DNA of 55,515 nt, counting the filler, from Catajapyx aquilonaris (Eukaryota): the NCBI GenBank assembly GCA_000934665.2. It is 3 parts of 3 records of this genome, joined end to end, with 100 filler letters (N's around TTAATTAATTAA, not from the genome) between each part and the next. Parts side by side here need not be neighbours in the genome. Positions count along the whole stretch, not along the records: positions 18,498 to 36,882 come from JYFJ02006709.1; positions 36,983 to 55,515 come from JYFJ02006710.1; 1 more part is not named here. One strand, written 5' to 3'. The translations under genes and the position numbers were made by a program. How positions within the stretch are numbered: the first letter of the stretch is position 1; each line of letters begins with the position of its first letter. This document shows, piece by piece, positions 34,901 to 47,256 of this stretch. Under the pieces are notes generated by a model. That model worked only from the letters and a program-made list of their open reading frames with translations. It searched no databases and had not been told where the DNA came from.

Positions 34901-36882
34901 CGACCTCGACCTTTTACGAGTTCATGTTGGATTGAAAAGTACACAGCCTCAGAGGAAAACGTGAGGACAATTTGAGGTTTGGAAAATAGCAGTGATTTTA
35001 CCTCAGTCCAATTGTTGTCATAAATCGTATTGGGCTTTATGGTTTGTCTTGTTGCCGGTAGAGAGCTTGGGTGATTTTTTTTACTTCCCTAAATTGGAGG
35101 GGGCCAATTTGCTGTGTAGGTCATTAGGTACATTCCTGATTATCTTGGGAGTTTTGGGAAGTGATGACCTGATTGGATAGCCTCAATTTTTTTCGGTATG
35201 TTTGGAGGGTAATAATTGGAATGGGGTTGTAATTTTTTGGACGCGTTTATTGTCCGGAAGTAGGCGGGAAGATGTCAAGGGCATGTGTCTCAATCAGAGG
35301 TGTTGTTGTTGACGGATTTTGCGGTTGGGTGCCACACAAACAAATATGGGTCACGTGAGCTACTGTCTTTGCAAAGGAACACTTAAGTCATCATTAGTAT
35401 ATAAGGGTGTTTGGCCTTGTTCAAATGTCTGGTCCGAGACTATCTGATTCATCGTCCTCGACTTTGTCCTCTAATAAGGGGTAAAAATAGGCTGAATTGT
35501 CAGTAATACAGCAGTCATTCAGTTATAAATAGAGGTTTATTTACTTCGGGTAATTAACTCTGCATTTCCGTGTCCATGTAGCGTGCATATGCAGTCATTA
35601 TTGACAGTACTGGGGCTGGTTGACCCTCACATGCCAAGGACGTAATATCCACGCGGATCTGGACCAAAAATGGCGGACAGGTTGACCAAACATGGCGGCG
35701 CCCATGCACGACATGTTTGGGACCTTCGCAGATGAGGGTCAGCCATTCGTATAAGAAGCAATGCCTTTTGTCCAATCATTCCAAGAACAATCCCGGGAAA
35801 GCCGTCTGGAAGCTAGTGGTATAATGCGGCTAATTTGATTTCCAGAGGCGTCCCTAGGTAACAATAGGCCATGTCGCCTCTTTTTATAGGCTGGAGGACC
35901 CCATTGTGCAATTCTGTTTGATCAGTGACCACACGTGACGTGTTTGAGAGGTTGGATTCAGCGTGGGTATTGCTATTCCAGTTTTTTAAGGCGTAACAAT
36001 GACAACTAACACGCTCTTCCTATTTTTTTTGTAAAGTGATCAGATACTTTGATTAGTAACCCCTAGGGTTTCGAAAAATCTTTGCAGTCTGAAACCTGCC
36101 TCCAGTGGCTATCAAGTAGCCTCCATAATCAAGATTGGCCTGTTGGACGGCTCTAGAGTTGGTTCTTCTAACGGTCAGACGAACAAGTGTATAACAAGGA
36201 CCTAAAGCAACAAGTGTATGTGTCATGCGGACAGTTGCGCCAACTTATCCGGGGGAAAAAATTTATTTAGGTAGCTGAGAAAAATGGATGGTTTGCAACC
36301 TTGGCGTGAGCTTTGAAAGAGAGAGTTGGGAGAGTAAAAAGTAACCTTCGTACTGTTGAGGGTGCTCCAGAAATAGTGTGGTGTAATTACAAAATAATGT
36401 TTTCGTATACGTCACATGAAGGGACGTGTTGAAATTCAGGTTGGCAAACGTGACTGAAACGAGGGAGTTTGCAAATTAGGTCTGCCTTCCTGATACAATT
36501 TCACTGGTAGTCTGCTGGTAAATTATTTAGAAGCCATTGCTTACGTGAAATAGTTTGCTGCTAATTTTAGCAAATATTTTACTTGATTTTGGTAAATGTG
36601 TGACTCGGTTTGAATATGTATTTCAATCTTTCATATTTTAAAATAATTATTAGAATGAATTATTATTGCTAGGATGTAGCCTATTGATATAAATAATATT
36701 TACTTAATTTTACACAATAATGTATAAATAATTTTACTCAAATCGTGCAATAATTTTTCTGATTTTTACATACCTGAGTAAATATACCCATATCGATATA
36801 GAAGTCAACTGAAAAGAGTATAGATGAGCACTCAAATTAATATAGAGTGTAAAACTACTTGTCAATTGGATAAGCCTGTGCT

Positions 36883-36982
36883 NNNNNNNNNNNNNNNNNN
36901 NNNNNNNNNNNNNNNNNNNNNNNNNNTTAATTAATTAANNNNNNNNNNNNNNNNNNNNNNNNNNNNNNNNNNNNNNNNNNNN
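36883..36982. other. Artificial 100-bp contig spacer
   Basis: N-run with central TTAATTAATTAA. Confidence 0.95.
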
Positions 36983-37275
36983 CTTGCGAATGCTTTCCGT
37001 CGTGTCCGCGGTTAATTCAAAGTCAAATTCCTCATATCTCGCAGTCAACCAGGCATTTCAGTGTACCCTTTCGATTGGCCTCCGCGTTTTTCCCGCCAAT
37101 TTTGAAGGCACTTTTAAATGTGCCGTGATTTATCCAGTAATGTCATTTTGATGCAACAGAGTGATGGAATGTATGTTTACAGGCATGGGCTAGCTAGTTA
37201 TGAACAAAAATTCCAAATCCCAGACCAAGGCTAGTTCCCCATTCCCACGGCAGATTTGAGCAGCGATTGGGACCA

Positions 37276-37737
37276 GATGGCTGCGGGAGTGGGGGTTGGG
37301 TGGCGGATGGGTGGGTGGGTCATTGTGCCCCAGCTTAACGAACACATGGCCAAGGCCGGAAATTAAAAATTCGTTTTTGGGCCATACCTCGAAAACGGCT
37401 GGGAAATTTGCAGTTATGAGGATTTTTCGATTCCCAATTGATTTTTGTAGCGATATTTTGAGGCCACTCACAGCCCTCTACGACCACAGGTCATAAAGAA
37501 CGTCCTGCCATACCTGTAATCAACAAGAATTAATAATGTTGAGCCGCTTGAGGTAATCTCTTTTTGAACCACGGAGGGTGTCGGCAGTATGATAATACAT
37601 CGGTTTCCCAGCCGTTTTCGAGGTATGGCCCAAAAACGAATTTTTAATTTCCGGCCTTGGCCATGTGTTCGTTAAGCCGGGGCACAATGACCCACCCACC
37701 CATCCGCCACCCAACCCCCACTCCCGCTGCCATCTGG
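37276..37737. repeat. ~130-bp near-perfect inverted repeat with ~200-bp spacer
   Basis: 37276-37406 is the reverse complement of 37604-37737 with few mismatches. Confidence 0.9.
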
Positions 37738-38144
37738 CATACATCGGCATATAAGTATACTGTGTACGAAATCTGCATGTCTGTGTCGCATGTTACAGCC
37801 TGGAGTAAGGGGTTCCAAGAGGGGCGGCCGTCATTGATTGGTGATTCCAGGCTAGGGCAGGCAAACCGCTTACTCTCGGCTCTTAACATGTGACAAAATT
37901 ACGATGAATTTCTGCACTCCCGACACCTGCAGTCAAAAACTAATTAGTTACTGCTCAAAGTTGCTTCCATGTCTGACTGGACAGTGTTTTCGATGGGGGG
38001 AGGAGGGGGGGGGGTTGTTGTCCTGAACACTGCACTGTAGAACCTTTTGTGTAGAAGATGCCATGAGAAACCCATTCGGCAATATTGCTATGACCTTGGC
38101 TCGTTTTCATTTGAATGTATGTGCAAATTAATACATATTCTGCC

Positions 38145-39160
38145 GGTGGCCCCCCCCCGGACCCCTTCCCCCCCGGACCCCCCCGTGGGGCTGCGCCCCA
38201 CCTGCGCGCCTTCGGCGCGGTGCCCGTATCCCGCCTAATCCATCCGGTTACAGAAATCAGTGACGTCACTGGTAGCGATGAGGAGTTTCCGAACGTGCCC
38301 TCTCTGACGTATCGTTCAAAACAGCGCTTGTGATGACAGGTGGGACCATCTGTGACGTATCATTCCAACGGCAGGTTTGAGTGACAGCGGGTGGAGAGGA
38401 GTGGGTGGGCCATTGTTCTCGGGGATCCGGGGGAGTTTGCGGATACATTAATTTCGCGATCCCGGGTTTGCGTCTACATTTAATTTCGCGATCTCCGAAA
38501 CGGCTGGGAATTTTGCGATTATGAGGACTTTTGGCATCGGTATACCGGAGGCTAGAAATCCAACGGTGCAAGTCCGAGGTCTCTGCGACGCCGGGAAGTG
38601 CGAAATCTTTTCCATCCTATATCCTCCTCCTCCTCGGATTGGGGCTTTATATATATTAGAAGACTCGCTTTGCGAGCCGGTGGGGCTCCGCCCCCCCCCC
38701 CCCCCNCCCCCCCCGGGCCCCCTCGTGCCCGTATTCCGCCGTAATCCATCCGTTTACAGAACCCGTGACGTCACGGTCCACAAAAGTGTGGAGTATTAAA
38801 ATGCGCCATAGGTGACGTATCATGAAAAAAGGCTACGTGGGATTAGAGTGGATGCAGCTGTCAGGGGGTGATGGATGGGGCTATTGTTCTCGGGGAGTTT
38901 GCGGATGCATTAATTTGGCGATCTCGGGTTTGCGTCTACATTTAATTTGGCGATCTCCAAAACGGCTGGGAATTTTGCGATTATGAGGATTTTTGGCATT
39001 GGTATACCGGAGGCTAGAAATACAACGGTGCAAGTCCGAGGTCTTTACGACATCGGGAAGTGCGAAATCTTTTTCATCCTCCTCGTCGGATTGGGGCTTT
39101 ATATATATTAGAAGACTCGCTTTGCGAGCCGGTGGGTCTCCGCCCCCCCGGACCCCCACA
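38145..39160 (-). mobile_element. Head-to-tail tandem array of a ~450-520-bp Helitron-like element
   Basis: Identical junctions at 38660 and 39112: minus strand hairpin ctcgcaaagcgag followed by TCTAATATATATAAAGCCCC. Confidence 0.7.
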
Positions 39161-39828
39161 AATGGAGCATTGGTAATATTTCATGGCCACATTTTCATGG
39201 CCACATGATCTATAGCTACACTGTCTAATATATTTACGGTATTACAGCATAAGAAGCCCAGAATGTCCCGATCTTAAAAATTCACACATTCCATATACAA
39301 CATGATTGTAAATTACGTCTATAAATTAGCAGAATATCCAACCCTTCGCCTTAAAATTTTACACAAGAAATGAGCACTTTGTGGACTAACTTACACATGT
39401 GTCATTTGATTTGCTCATATGGGGTGACTTTCACAGCCACTCGCTATTAGGCCACCTGATGGTATTCCCAATTAACATTTAGCTAATTTTTTCATTAGCA
39501 TCGGGCTTCATGATTCCCTAATATTAATAGTTTAACTAGGATGGCGGCCAGAACTAGTGGCCCTTTATTCCTATATAGAGGTTGGCCAACTTGGAAGATA
39601 TCTTTTATAGGCTACTGCTGTCACGTGGTTTATAGACGCTACGTCGACAAGTCGGCATAAGCAAGCCATAATAAGCACATGGCGGGGACAGCTCTGCACT
39701 ATCTACCCTACCTGCTGTTTTCTGGTTGCATTACACTGTACGCTCCAGATTATTCGTAAGAATTAATGCACGAGTGTGCCCTACAAACAGGAAAACACGG
39801 ATAATGTGTAAATTCACAGGTTTCACTC

Positions 39829-40256
39829 ATTTATTTATTTATATTTTGGTACCCCCTTCAGACCTAGTGGTCAATGTGGGGGGGGGGGGATCGCCTCCGT
39901 TTTCTATGCTTTTCGTTCTCTCCGGTACGGGGGACAGGGAAGGGATAAGAGGGAGGGACAGTGGTGCAGTGCATTGTCTTGTGGTGGGGGCCGCATGCAG
40001 TCCCTCGGGGGGCCAAGCTTGAGACATCCCCCTGGGTGCGGGCCAGAAATACCCCACCGACACCGCACCTCCTCCAGGGCAGGGAAAGGAAGGAAGCGAC
40101 TGTGGCCTATTTTACGGTACGATCCAGGAATTTTCCTGGGTCGACCTTGGAAAACCACAGCAAACCAAGGTCATTATCGCCGGCCTTCGGGACTCGAACC
40201 CAGGACCTTCCGATTAGTAGTCGGACACCATATCCACTCCACCACTACTGCTTCGG
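39829..40256 (-). mobile_element. tRNA-derived SINE, family D
   Basis: B box ggttcgagtcc on minus strand, (AAAT)n tail, 15-bp TSD tcacaggtttcactc (39814-39828, 40257-40271). Confidence 0.88.
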
Positions 40257-40369
40257 TCACAGGTTTCACTCTATAAAATGGGCGACTTTTCAAAACATAT
40301 GGTTGGCATTATTATTAGGGGCCCTAAAATTTGCCGTCATTGACAAGTTTCTGCTATATTTGATATGTA

Positions 40370-40952
40370 GACTGTAGTGAAACCTGTCTATAACTGACCC
40401 TTTGTATAGCGTAAACGTGTCTATTGCAGGATTTTTTATGGGAACGGGCGTATGCATGCATAGGACATGAATTCCGTGTCTAATACAGTGAAACCTGTGT
40501 ATAGCGGAATCGCACGGGACCCTAAAATCTTCCGTAATGAACACATTTTCATTATATTCGACGCGGAATTTATGTCCTATGCATACGCCCGTTCCCGCAA
40601 TAGACAGGTTTACGTTATTTTTTTATATTTACGTTACCCCGTGATAAGGCTTAGCCTTTTTAGGGGGGTGGGATACCACCATTTTCTTTCCGTTTAACTT
40701 CATACACCGGTGCAAGGAGTCTGGGATGTAGGGTAGGGGTAGGGATTTTGGGGAGGGAACATTGGTGCAAGTGCAATGTCGGTAAAGGGGTCATGTGCTG
40801 TTCCCCAGGAGGTTAGGTTGCCAGACACCTCCTTGGTGCAGGTCAGAGACCCTCCTGACGCAGGTGAAAGGAAAGTTCCCCAGGCGGGGATCGAACTGGG
40901 GCCTTTCACTAAGCAGGCCGAGACGTTACCATCTCGGCCACCACACCTCCCC

Positions 40953-41003
<51 letters not shown>

Positions 41004-41089
41004 TTATACCCCATTGGAGGGCAGGGCCCTTTTAGGGGGACGGTTTCCGTTATACAAAGGGTCCGTTGTAGACAGGTTTCACTACAGTC
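40370..41089. mobile_element. Tigger/pogo-type MITE hosting a SINE
   Basis: ta|gactgtagtgaaacctgtcta...tagacaggtttcactacagtc|ta. Confidence 0.7.
40628..40952 (-). mobile_element. tRNA-derived SINE, family C
   Basis: Collinear with 14290-14619. Confidence 0.88.
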
Positions 41090-41692
41090 TACTTGTCTAA
41101 TATAGCAGAAACTTGTCCTATACATATATACAGTATACGCCCGTTCCCAGAAAAAAATCCGCAATAGACAGGTTTCCATAAGCTCTTGTATCTTGGACCC
41201 CCTTGTACCTTGGGACAGGGTCATTTTCTCGAAATCTGTTGGCGTGAAAAAGCACTAACCTGCACCAATGTCATGCTCCTTGAGTTGCCCTCACCCCATT
41301 GTGTTTTCAGCGTCATCGGATTAAGTGTCTGCCTGCTGCATCAAAATGTATGTTTTAGGTACTCGAAAATGCATTGATATCCCATCGTAAGGCCCTGCCT
41401 GCACTTCGAGTTATGGAGAACTTCGAGTTATAGAAATTCGAGTTAGGGAAGTTTATTTCCTATTGTTTTACATTGTGACCAACCAAGCTCGTCATTTTCT
41501 TCGACTTATAGAGAACTTCGACTTAGGGAAGTTCGACTTATAGAAGTTTTACTGCATATCGCTGTTTCAGTTTCTCTAGTGAAACTTCTGAATTAAAAAA
41601 GTCTTCAATGATTCGCCATCGTATGTAGCGTAAACTTGCTCATTACGGAAAATTTTAAGGTCCCGCGTAGTTCCACTACAAACAGGTTTCAA

Positions 41693-42300
41693 GTATATAT
41701 AAAGCCCCTATCCGAGGAGGATATAGGACGGAAAAGATTTCGCACTTCCCGAGGTCGTAGAGCGCTGGTTGAAGTTCCGTTGGATTCCTTGCCCTATAAT
41801 TACCGATGCCAAAAATCCTTATAATCGCCAATTTCCCAGCCGTTTTGGAGATAGCCGAAAGTCAACTTTTGCACGTGAGACCTTGCCCATCTGCTCGTCA
41901 TTAAGCCGCCGGAGAACAATACACCCTCTCCGGAGCCCCCTCCACCCGCCGCTGGCATCTGGATCCACTCTAATCCCACCAGTGCGTTTTTCATAATACG
42001 TCAGCTAGGGCGCATTCTCATACTCCACACCTTTAGCGATGACGTCACGGGTTCTGTAAACGGATGCCACCCCGCTCCAACCAATTTTTGTGTAAAAAGA
42101 CTTGCGCTCTGTTCGCATCGGAGAGTGGGGTAAGTGTGGGGTGGCCGGGTGCACCTACACCGGGCCTCTGAGAGTTACGGAGACCGAGGAGGACCTGCGC
42201 GGGACCGGACCAATTCGCGCCGAAGGCGCGCAAGTGGGGTGCAGCCCTATGGGGGTGTGGGGGGGGGGGCTCTTCGCCCCCCCGCCTCGCAAAGCGAGTC
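41693..42300 (+). mobile_element. Helitron-like copy (same family as 38145-39160)
   Basis: tatatataaagcccc start, shared body, terminal hairpin ctcgcaaagcgag. Confidence 0.65.
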
Positions 42301-43104
42301 ACTGTATAAAATGGTAGACATTTCAAAACATATGCTTGGCATTATTATCGTGCAGTTTACCAAATACAGCAATGATAAAATATTTGCCTCGTTTTGCACA
42401 TTCCAGCCCAAAAACCGTCAACCATGCATTTACAACAGTCAGTAAGAGTTCGGGCTGTAAAACTGCGCTACATATGTCATATGATTTCAAAATGGCAATA
42501 TGAGAACTGCTACTTGGGAAAACATTATAATTATGGTTTCACCATAAGGCCGCCTATTCCTGCGCACCGAGACGACAAAACATGACGGCCAAAACCAAGT
42601 TGACCAACCTCTAGGTATAAAGGGCCACTAGCCAGAACCGGTGCAGTGGCCAGAACAGGTACAACCAATCTGTGATTATTTAGAGAATCAGTCCCTGAAA
42701 CCTTTTGATGATTTATTTTTCGCTTACACTGGCGTATAGTAATCGGTGTCCATGGACACGAGACCTAGAAGGAAGCAGAGAACACCGACGACCGACGCAG
42801 GAATGAGCATTTGAGTGTAGAACCCGAGCCATCCGAAATATAGCCCAATTTTGTCGCCAAAGTACCTCCTTACCAACCACAAGGGCTGCTCTTTGAAGCA
42901 CTTGGACGGGTGAGCCCACTCGGAGTACAGCAGCTGTAATATATCAGAAGTAATATCATACTATTCATACGGTGCTATTGTCAGACGTACTCTTCGGTCA
43001 TTTGGCACTCGTCCGGGCTCGTCATCCTTTTCGTAGTCTCCCTCATGGAGGGGAAATGCTGCTTTGTACGAACCGTTGCTTATTAGGCGAGTTATTCCCA
43101 TCTG

Positions 43105-43135
<31 letters not shown>

Positions 43136-43459
43136 TAATGTGACATCGTACTCTAACCTCACAAATCAAAGGTTGAATAGCCTATAGCTTTTCCTGAAAT
43201 ATGGTGTGCGGCACGTGTATATGTTAGGCTCAAACCCTGAAAACGGCCATTGAGCAAAAAAAACGTCCATTATGCAGAATGCTCCTTGTCCAACCATTCA
43301 TTCTGCAGAATGGACGGTTTGACATGGAGCATTCTGCAGTCTGGACGTTTTAAACCGGCCATTCTGCAGAATGGAAGTTTTAATGAAACGGCCAGTCCCC
43401 GAAATGCTCTTTTTAAAGAGGCCAGAACGCTTTCCTGGGCTAAACTTAAACGTCAGGAC

Positions 43460-43569
43460 CAGGGATGGAAAAAGAACCGCTTCTTTGGGAGGAAGCGGTT
43501 GTTTTTCCATCCCTGCACATGGAAAAGAGAAGCGCTTCTTGGAAGGAAGCGGTTCTTTTTCCATCCCTG
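43460..43569. mobile_element. 110-bp hAT mini-MITE
   Basis: TIRs cagggatggaaaaagaaccgcttc / gaagcggttctttttccatccctg; perfect TSD gtcaggac; empty site visible near 48925. Confidence 0.9.
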
Positions 43570-44734
43570 GTCAGGACGCCAATTTCGTGTTGGGACTTCC
43601 ATAACTCGTTGTGGGAGTTTCCTGTTTCCCACTATGCCATGTACGTAGATGCTGGGAATAAATCACCATATTGTTGTTTGGCAAATGGTTGAAATACTCA
43701 ACATTTGATGATGCTGTTTATTTTCCAGGAACTATTACCTTCATCATAAGAGGCGGGATTCCAATGTCGCCTAGGTCCATTTGTGTCCTTTTGAGATTTG
43801 AGTCTTTGTTGATATAAAGTATATTATGAAGACCTCGGGGAAAAAACGATCAAGGTTCACCTCAGGTTTTTCGCAGGTCCATAACGTTCTATTGTAAATC
43901 CCACTTTCTGAACCTTCCATAGTGACCTATGATCATTACTCCACAACCACGACCAAACCATCATATTCTACACTAGCGAAACTATCTTTTGAGATATGTA
44001 ACTCATTTTTGACAAAAAGTGGACCTTGATCATTCTTCCCCCAAGGTCTTCATATGGACTTATATGGCTTTGGAAAAATCATCCGAATTTCGTGCTTGGA
44101 CCTAGAGATACTTATTTGGAGTATTCCGACCTCAGGAGGAGGTGGGGAGTACCATAAAGCTACCATTCGATATCCTCAGCTCATTTTTCTTGTAAATGGA
44201 CTTAGGGGACTTTGGAATCCGCCTCTAGCGTTCTACACTTACAAGGGAACGGTCAAGGTCGGACCCCTCTGATATGGTTGAATCTTGCTTGAGGGGTCAC
44301 TCATGTGCGATCGACATAGTCGTGAAAGTTGTAGCTGCTACTGCCCAGCTGTTTCCGAGATATGCGCGACAGAAACATCCGAATTTTGGCCCCGCGTATA
44401 AGGTCGGGCGAGAAGGGTGCAAGGAAGAGCGGATGATAGTCAAGTGGATAGAGCATTGGACTTGTGATTTTGTCGGAAGCTGCTCTGCCAGCTCCAAATC
44501 CTTCTACTTTGATTCCGCCCGCCACCTTTACCCCCTTTTTCGATCCCATACCACCATCCCCCACTCCCCTCCAACATTATCGTTTTCCATTGTTTCTTTG
44601 CTCCGGTATTTATTATGAGACCACCAAGCTGCTTCCTTTCGCTTCTGTTAACTGCAAATGTACCTAAAATTGAGTAATGGGAACCTCTTCAGCCTTATCA
44701 AAATATGTATGGCATTTTATAATCTCTCCTGACA

Positions 44735-47185
44735 GAGGAGGCGGAGTGGCGCTGCGGTAACGCCCACGAATGTTAAGGTCCCCAGCCCGGGGACACCCCC
44801 TTCATCTCGTGCAGAGTTCGGGGTCATCTCTGGCTTCGTCTCGGGTGATATCTTCGATTAGACAAACCACCTGGGGGCGTTCACAAAATGACCACAGCAA
44901 CGACATTGCACTACACCTTGCACATCCCCTCTCGTCATCCTGCCCGTGGGCCCGGGCGCTTCAACTAATATGGGCTGTAGGGCCATCCATGACCGGGTCA
45001 GACCTGAAAGTTCTTGAAAGCTTCAACTAATAGGTACCAATGTGTAAGGTTCAATAAAGGTCCGTGTGATATACCCACACAGGGGGGTGAAAGCACCACA
45101 CAGGATTATTATTATTGGGCATTTTTGCGGTAACGAACCAAGGTTCGGACGATTTTTTTCAACTTTCATTGTGATTTTCCATGCTTGTGGTAAACCTTTG
45201 GGGACACTTTTTTTTCTATTGAGTTCCAGGTACAGAGGGCTGAATTTTGCCACAAATCCGACACAAAGTATATCATTCGATAGCGCCCGAGGAGCGAGAA
45301 CAAACACGGTAACGAACCAAAGTTTCGAGGACACGCATTTCTGCACCGGGTTACATTGCGTAATAACTCTGCGAATTCTAAGTGGTTTTGATGGCAGTAT
45401 AGAGATGCTCCAGAGAAAAAAAAGTGCGAGGAATCCATTGGTCACCTTGCCTTACCGGTATCTGCTTTTCTTGCATCGTAGCGCAACAAAACTCTCGGTA
45501 ACGAACCAAGAAAAAAAGTAACGAACCAAGGCGTGCGATTTTCCACCGTTCAGAACCTTTTCACGGGTAGTATTTGTGAGCTGTTTTACCACTTCAGGGC
45601 GTACATAATTAAAACGAGACACATCATGACACTGACCAGTCATCGGAGGATTCTCGTGTATTGGTCGATTGAGATGGCTGGGTCGTATGACCTGGTCATC
45701 GCTGACTATACCTCATCATGGGACTATGCCGTGCTGATTGTGTATGTTGGATGTAACCCAGTATATGAAAAGGGGGCTGCCTGCCTACACACCAGCCTTT
45801 GGGGACGAGGCTGACACAGACACATCAATGAAGTTATGAACTGACTAGAGGGGAAAACATTTTAATAATGGTTTATTCAAAAATTTATAACCTCTGACCT
45901 CTGACCTCTTAGCACAGCCATTTTAGCTGCACCACATTGTAATGCATATGCATATGACTGTATAAGGAGTTATAATGTGACCATCTGTAAAAATTTACTA
46001 AGCCTATAAATGAAGGTATTTGAAAATGGGTCCTTTCAGTCAATTTTCCAATAAATTCAGACCTGCAAAAATTCAGATAAATGCAAATTTTTTGATTTAC
46101 GGCCTATAAAAAGCGGGAGGCTCTCATGACTGAGAAGAACCAAAGACTAGCTGCCACCACCTGCCACCTGCCACCTTGACCGCTAGAGACAATTAACTTC
46201 CGGACCACCCATCTTGCAGTGGCATTGTAAATAGAGGCAACTGTTTATAACTTGAAGGATTCGTGAAAATTTGTTTTCAGCATCATAAATAAGAACTATT
46301 GAAGAACTGCATCTCTCCCCCTTCCTCCCAATAAAATCGGCGGTAGCATCAGAACCTATCCGGATAACACATCGCGCCACTTTGATTTGTAACTTTTTTT
46401 ACATTGAATTTGAAGTCAGAGCCCTCTAAAGCCGCCGTAAACTAATTTTGACGCTAATACTGTATATCTGTCCAATTCTCTGCACATGCTGTCTGCCATA
46501 TTGGATCAACCATTTTGATTTTTGAATTTCTGACATCGGATCTGAAATCAGCGCCATTGAAAACCATTACATAAAAATTTCTGCATTATTGGGCGTGGAT
46601 TTGCTTATTATCTGAGCCGAGATCGGAGGGAGCGCGCTCGGCGGCAGGAAAATGGCTTGGTTCGTTACCGTCCAAATAAATACATGGAGGTATGGAATTG
46701 GGCTGAATCTTGGGACACTGATGTATTACGCGACTCCCACAGAGGTTTCCAAGTTTGACGCTCCAAATCATTGGCATAATGTGTGTACAGGAATTTTTTG
46801 TAATTTTTGGTAACGAACCAAAGCTTTCGGATGACTCTGGTTAGTTACTGAAACAGAAGCACACAGAGATCACCCTCCGACAATTGAAGCACACCAATCG
46901 AAAGAGGACATCAAGCTGCATCCAACAGACACACTCGAGAAGTGATCGAATGAATGGCAATGCTTACAGAGGCGCCAAAAGCCGCGCGTGTCCCCAGACA
47001 CCAAAAGGCCTTTGGCGCGCACAGTTGAACGTATGAGCAGCTGGTGCCAAGGAACAGCAACACTGGCCAATTTTAAGGTTGGCAATGTTTAGTAGAGATG
47101 TTGAGCATCCGATTGGTGTGATCAAATGCGGTATTCAACGAAAAAAATAATCGTCGCTTCATGTCCGCTCTATCGCAAAAATGCC

Positions 47186-47252
<67 letters not shown>
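44735..47252 (+). mobile_element. SINE family A whose (ATT)n tail is split by a DNA transposon
   Basis: Body 44735-45116, tail resumes 47187-47252; TSD taatctctcctg at 44720-44731 and 47253-47264. Confidence 0.85.
45117..47186. mobile_element. Non-autonomous TIR DNA transposon with GTAACGAACCAA motifs
   Basis: Ends gggcatttttgcggta / tatcgcaaaaatgccg; gtaacgaaccaa at ~45130, 45309, 45498, 45518, 46810 and reversed at ~46657. Confidence 0.7.

Positions 47253-47256
<4 letters not shown>

Larger units (their letters stand above)
18498..36882. mobile_element. Decayed gene-dense block: putative endogenous large-DNA-virus-like or giant mobile element
   Basis: Closely packed intronless protein-like frames broken by stops and homopolymer frameshifts; RT-, PolB-, cyclin- and MATH-like motifs; no full SINEs. 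Confidence 0.6.
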
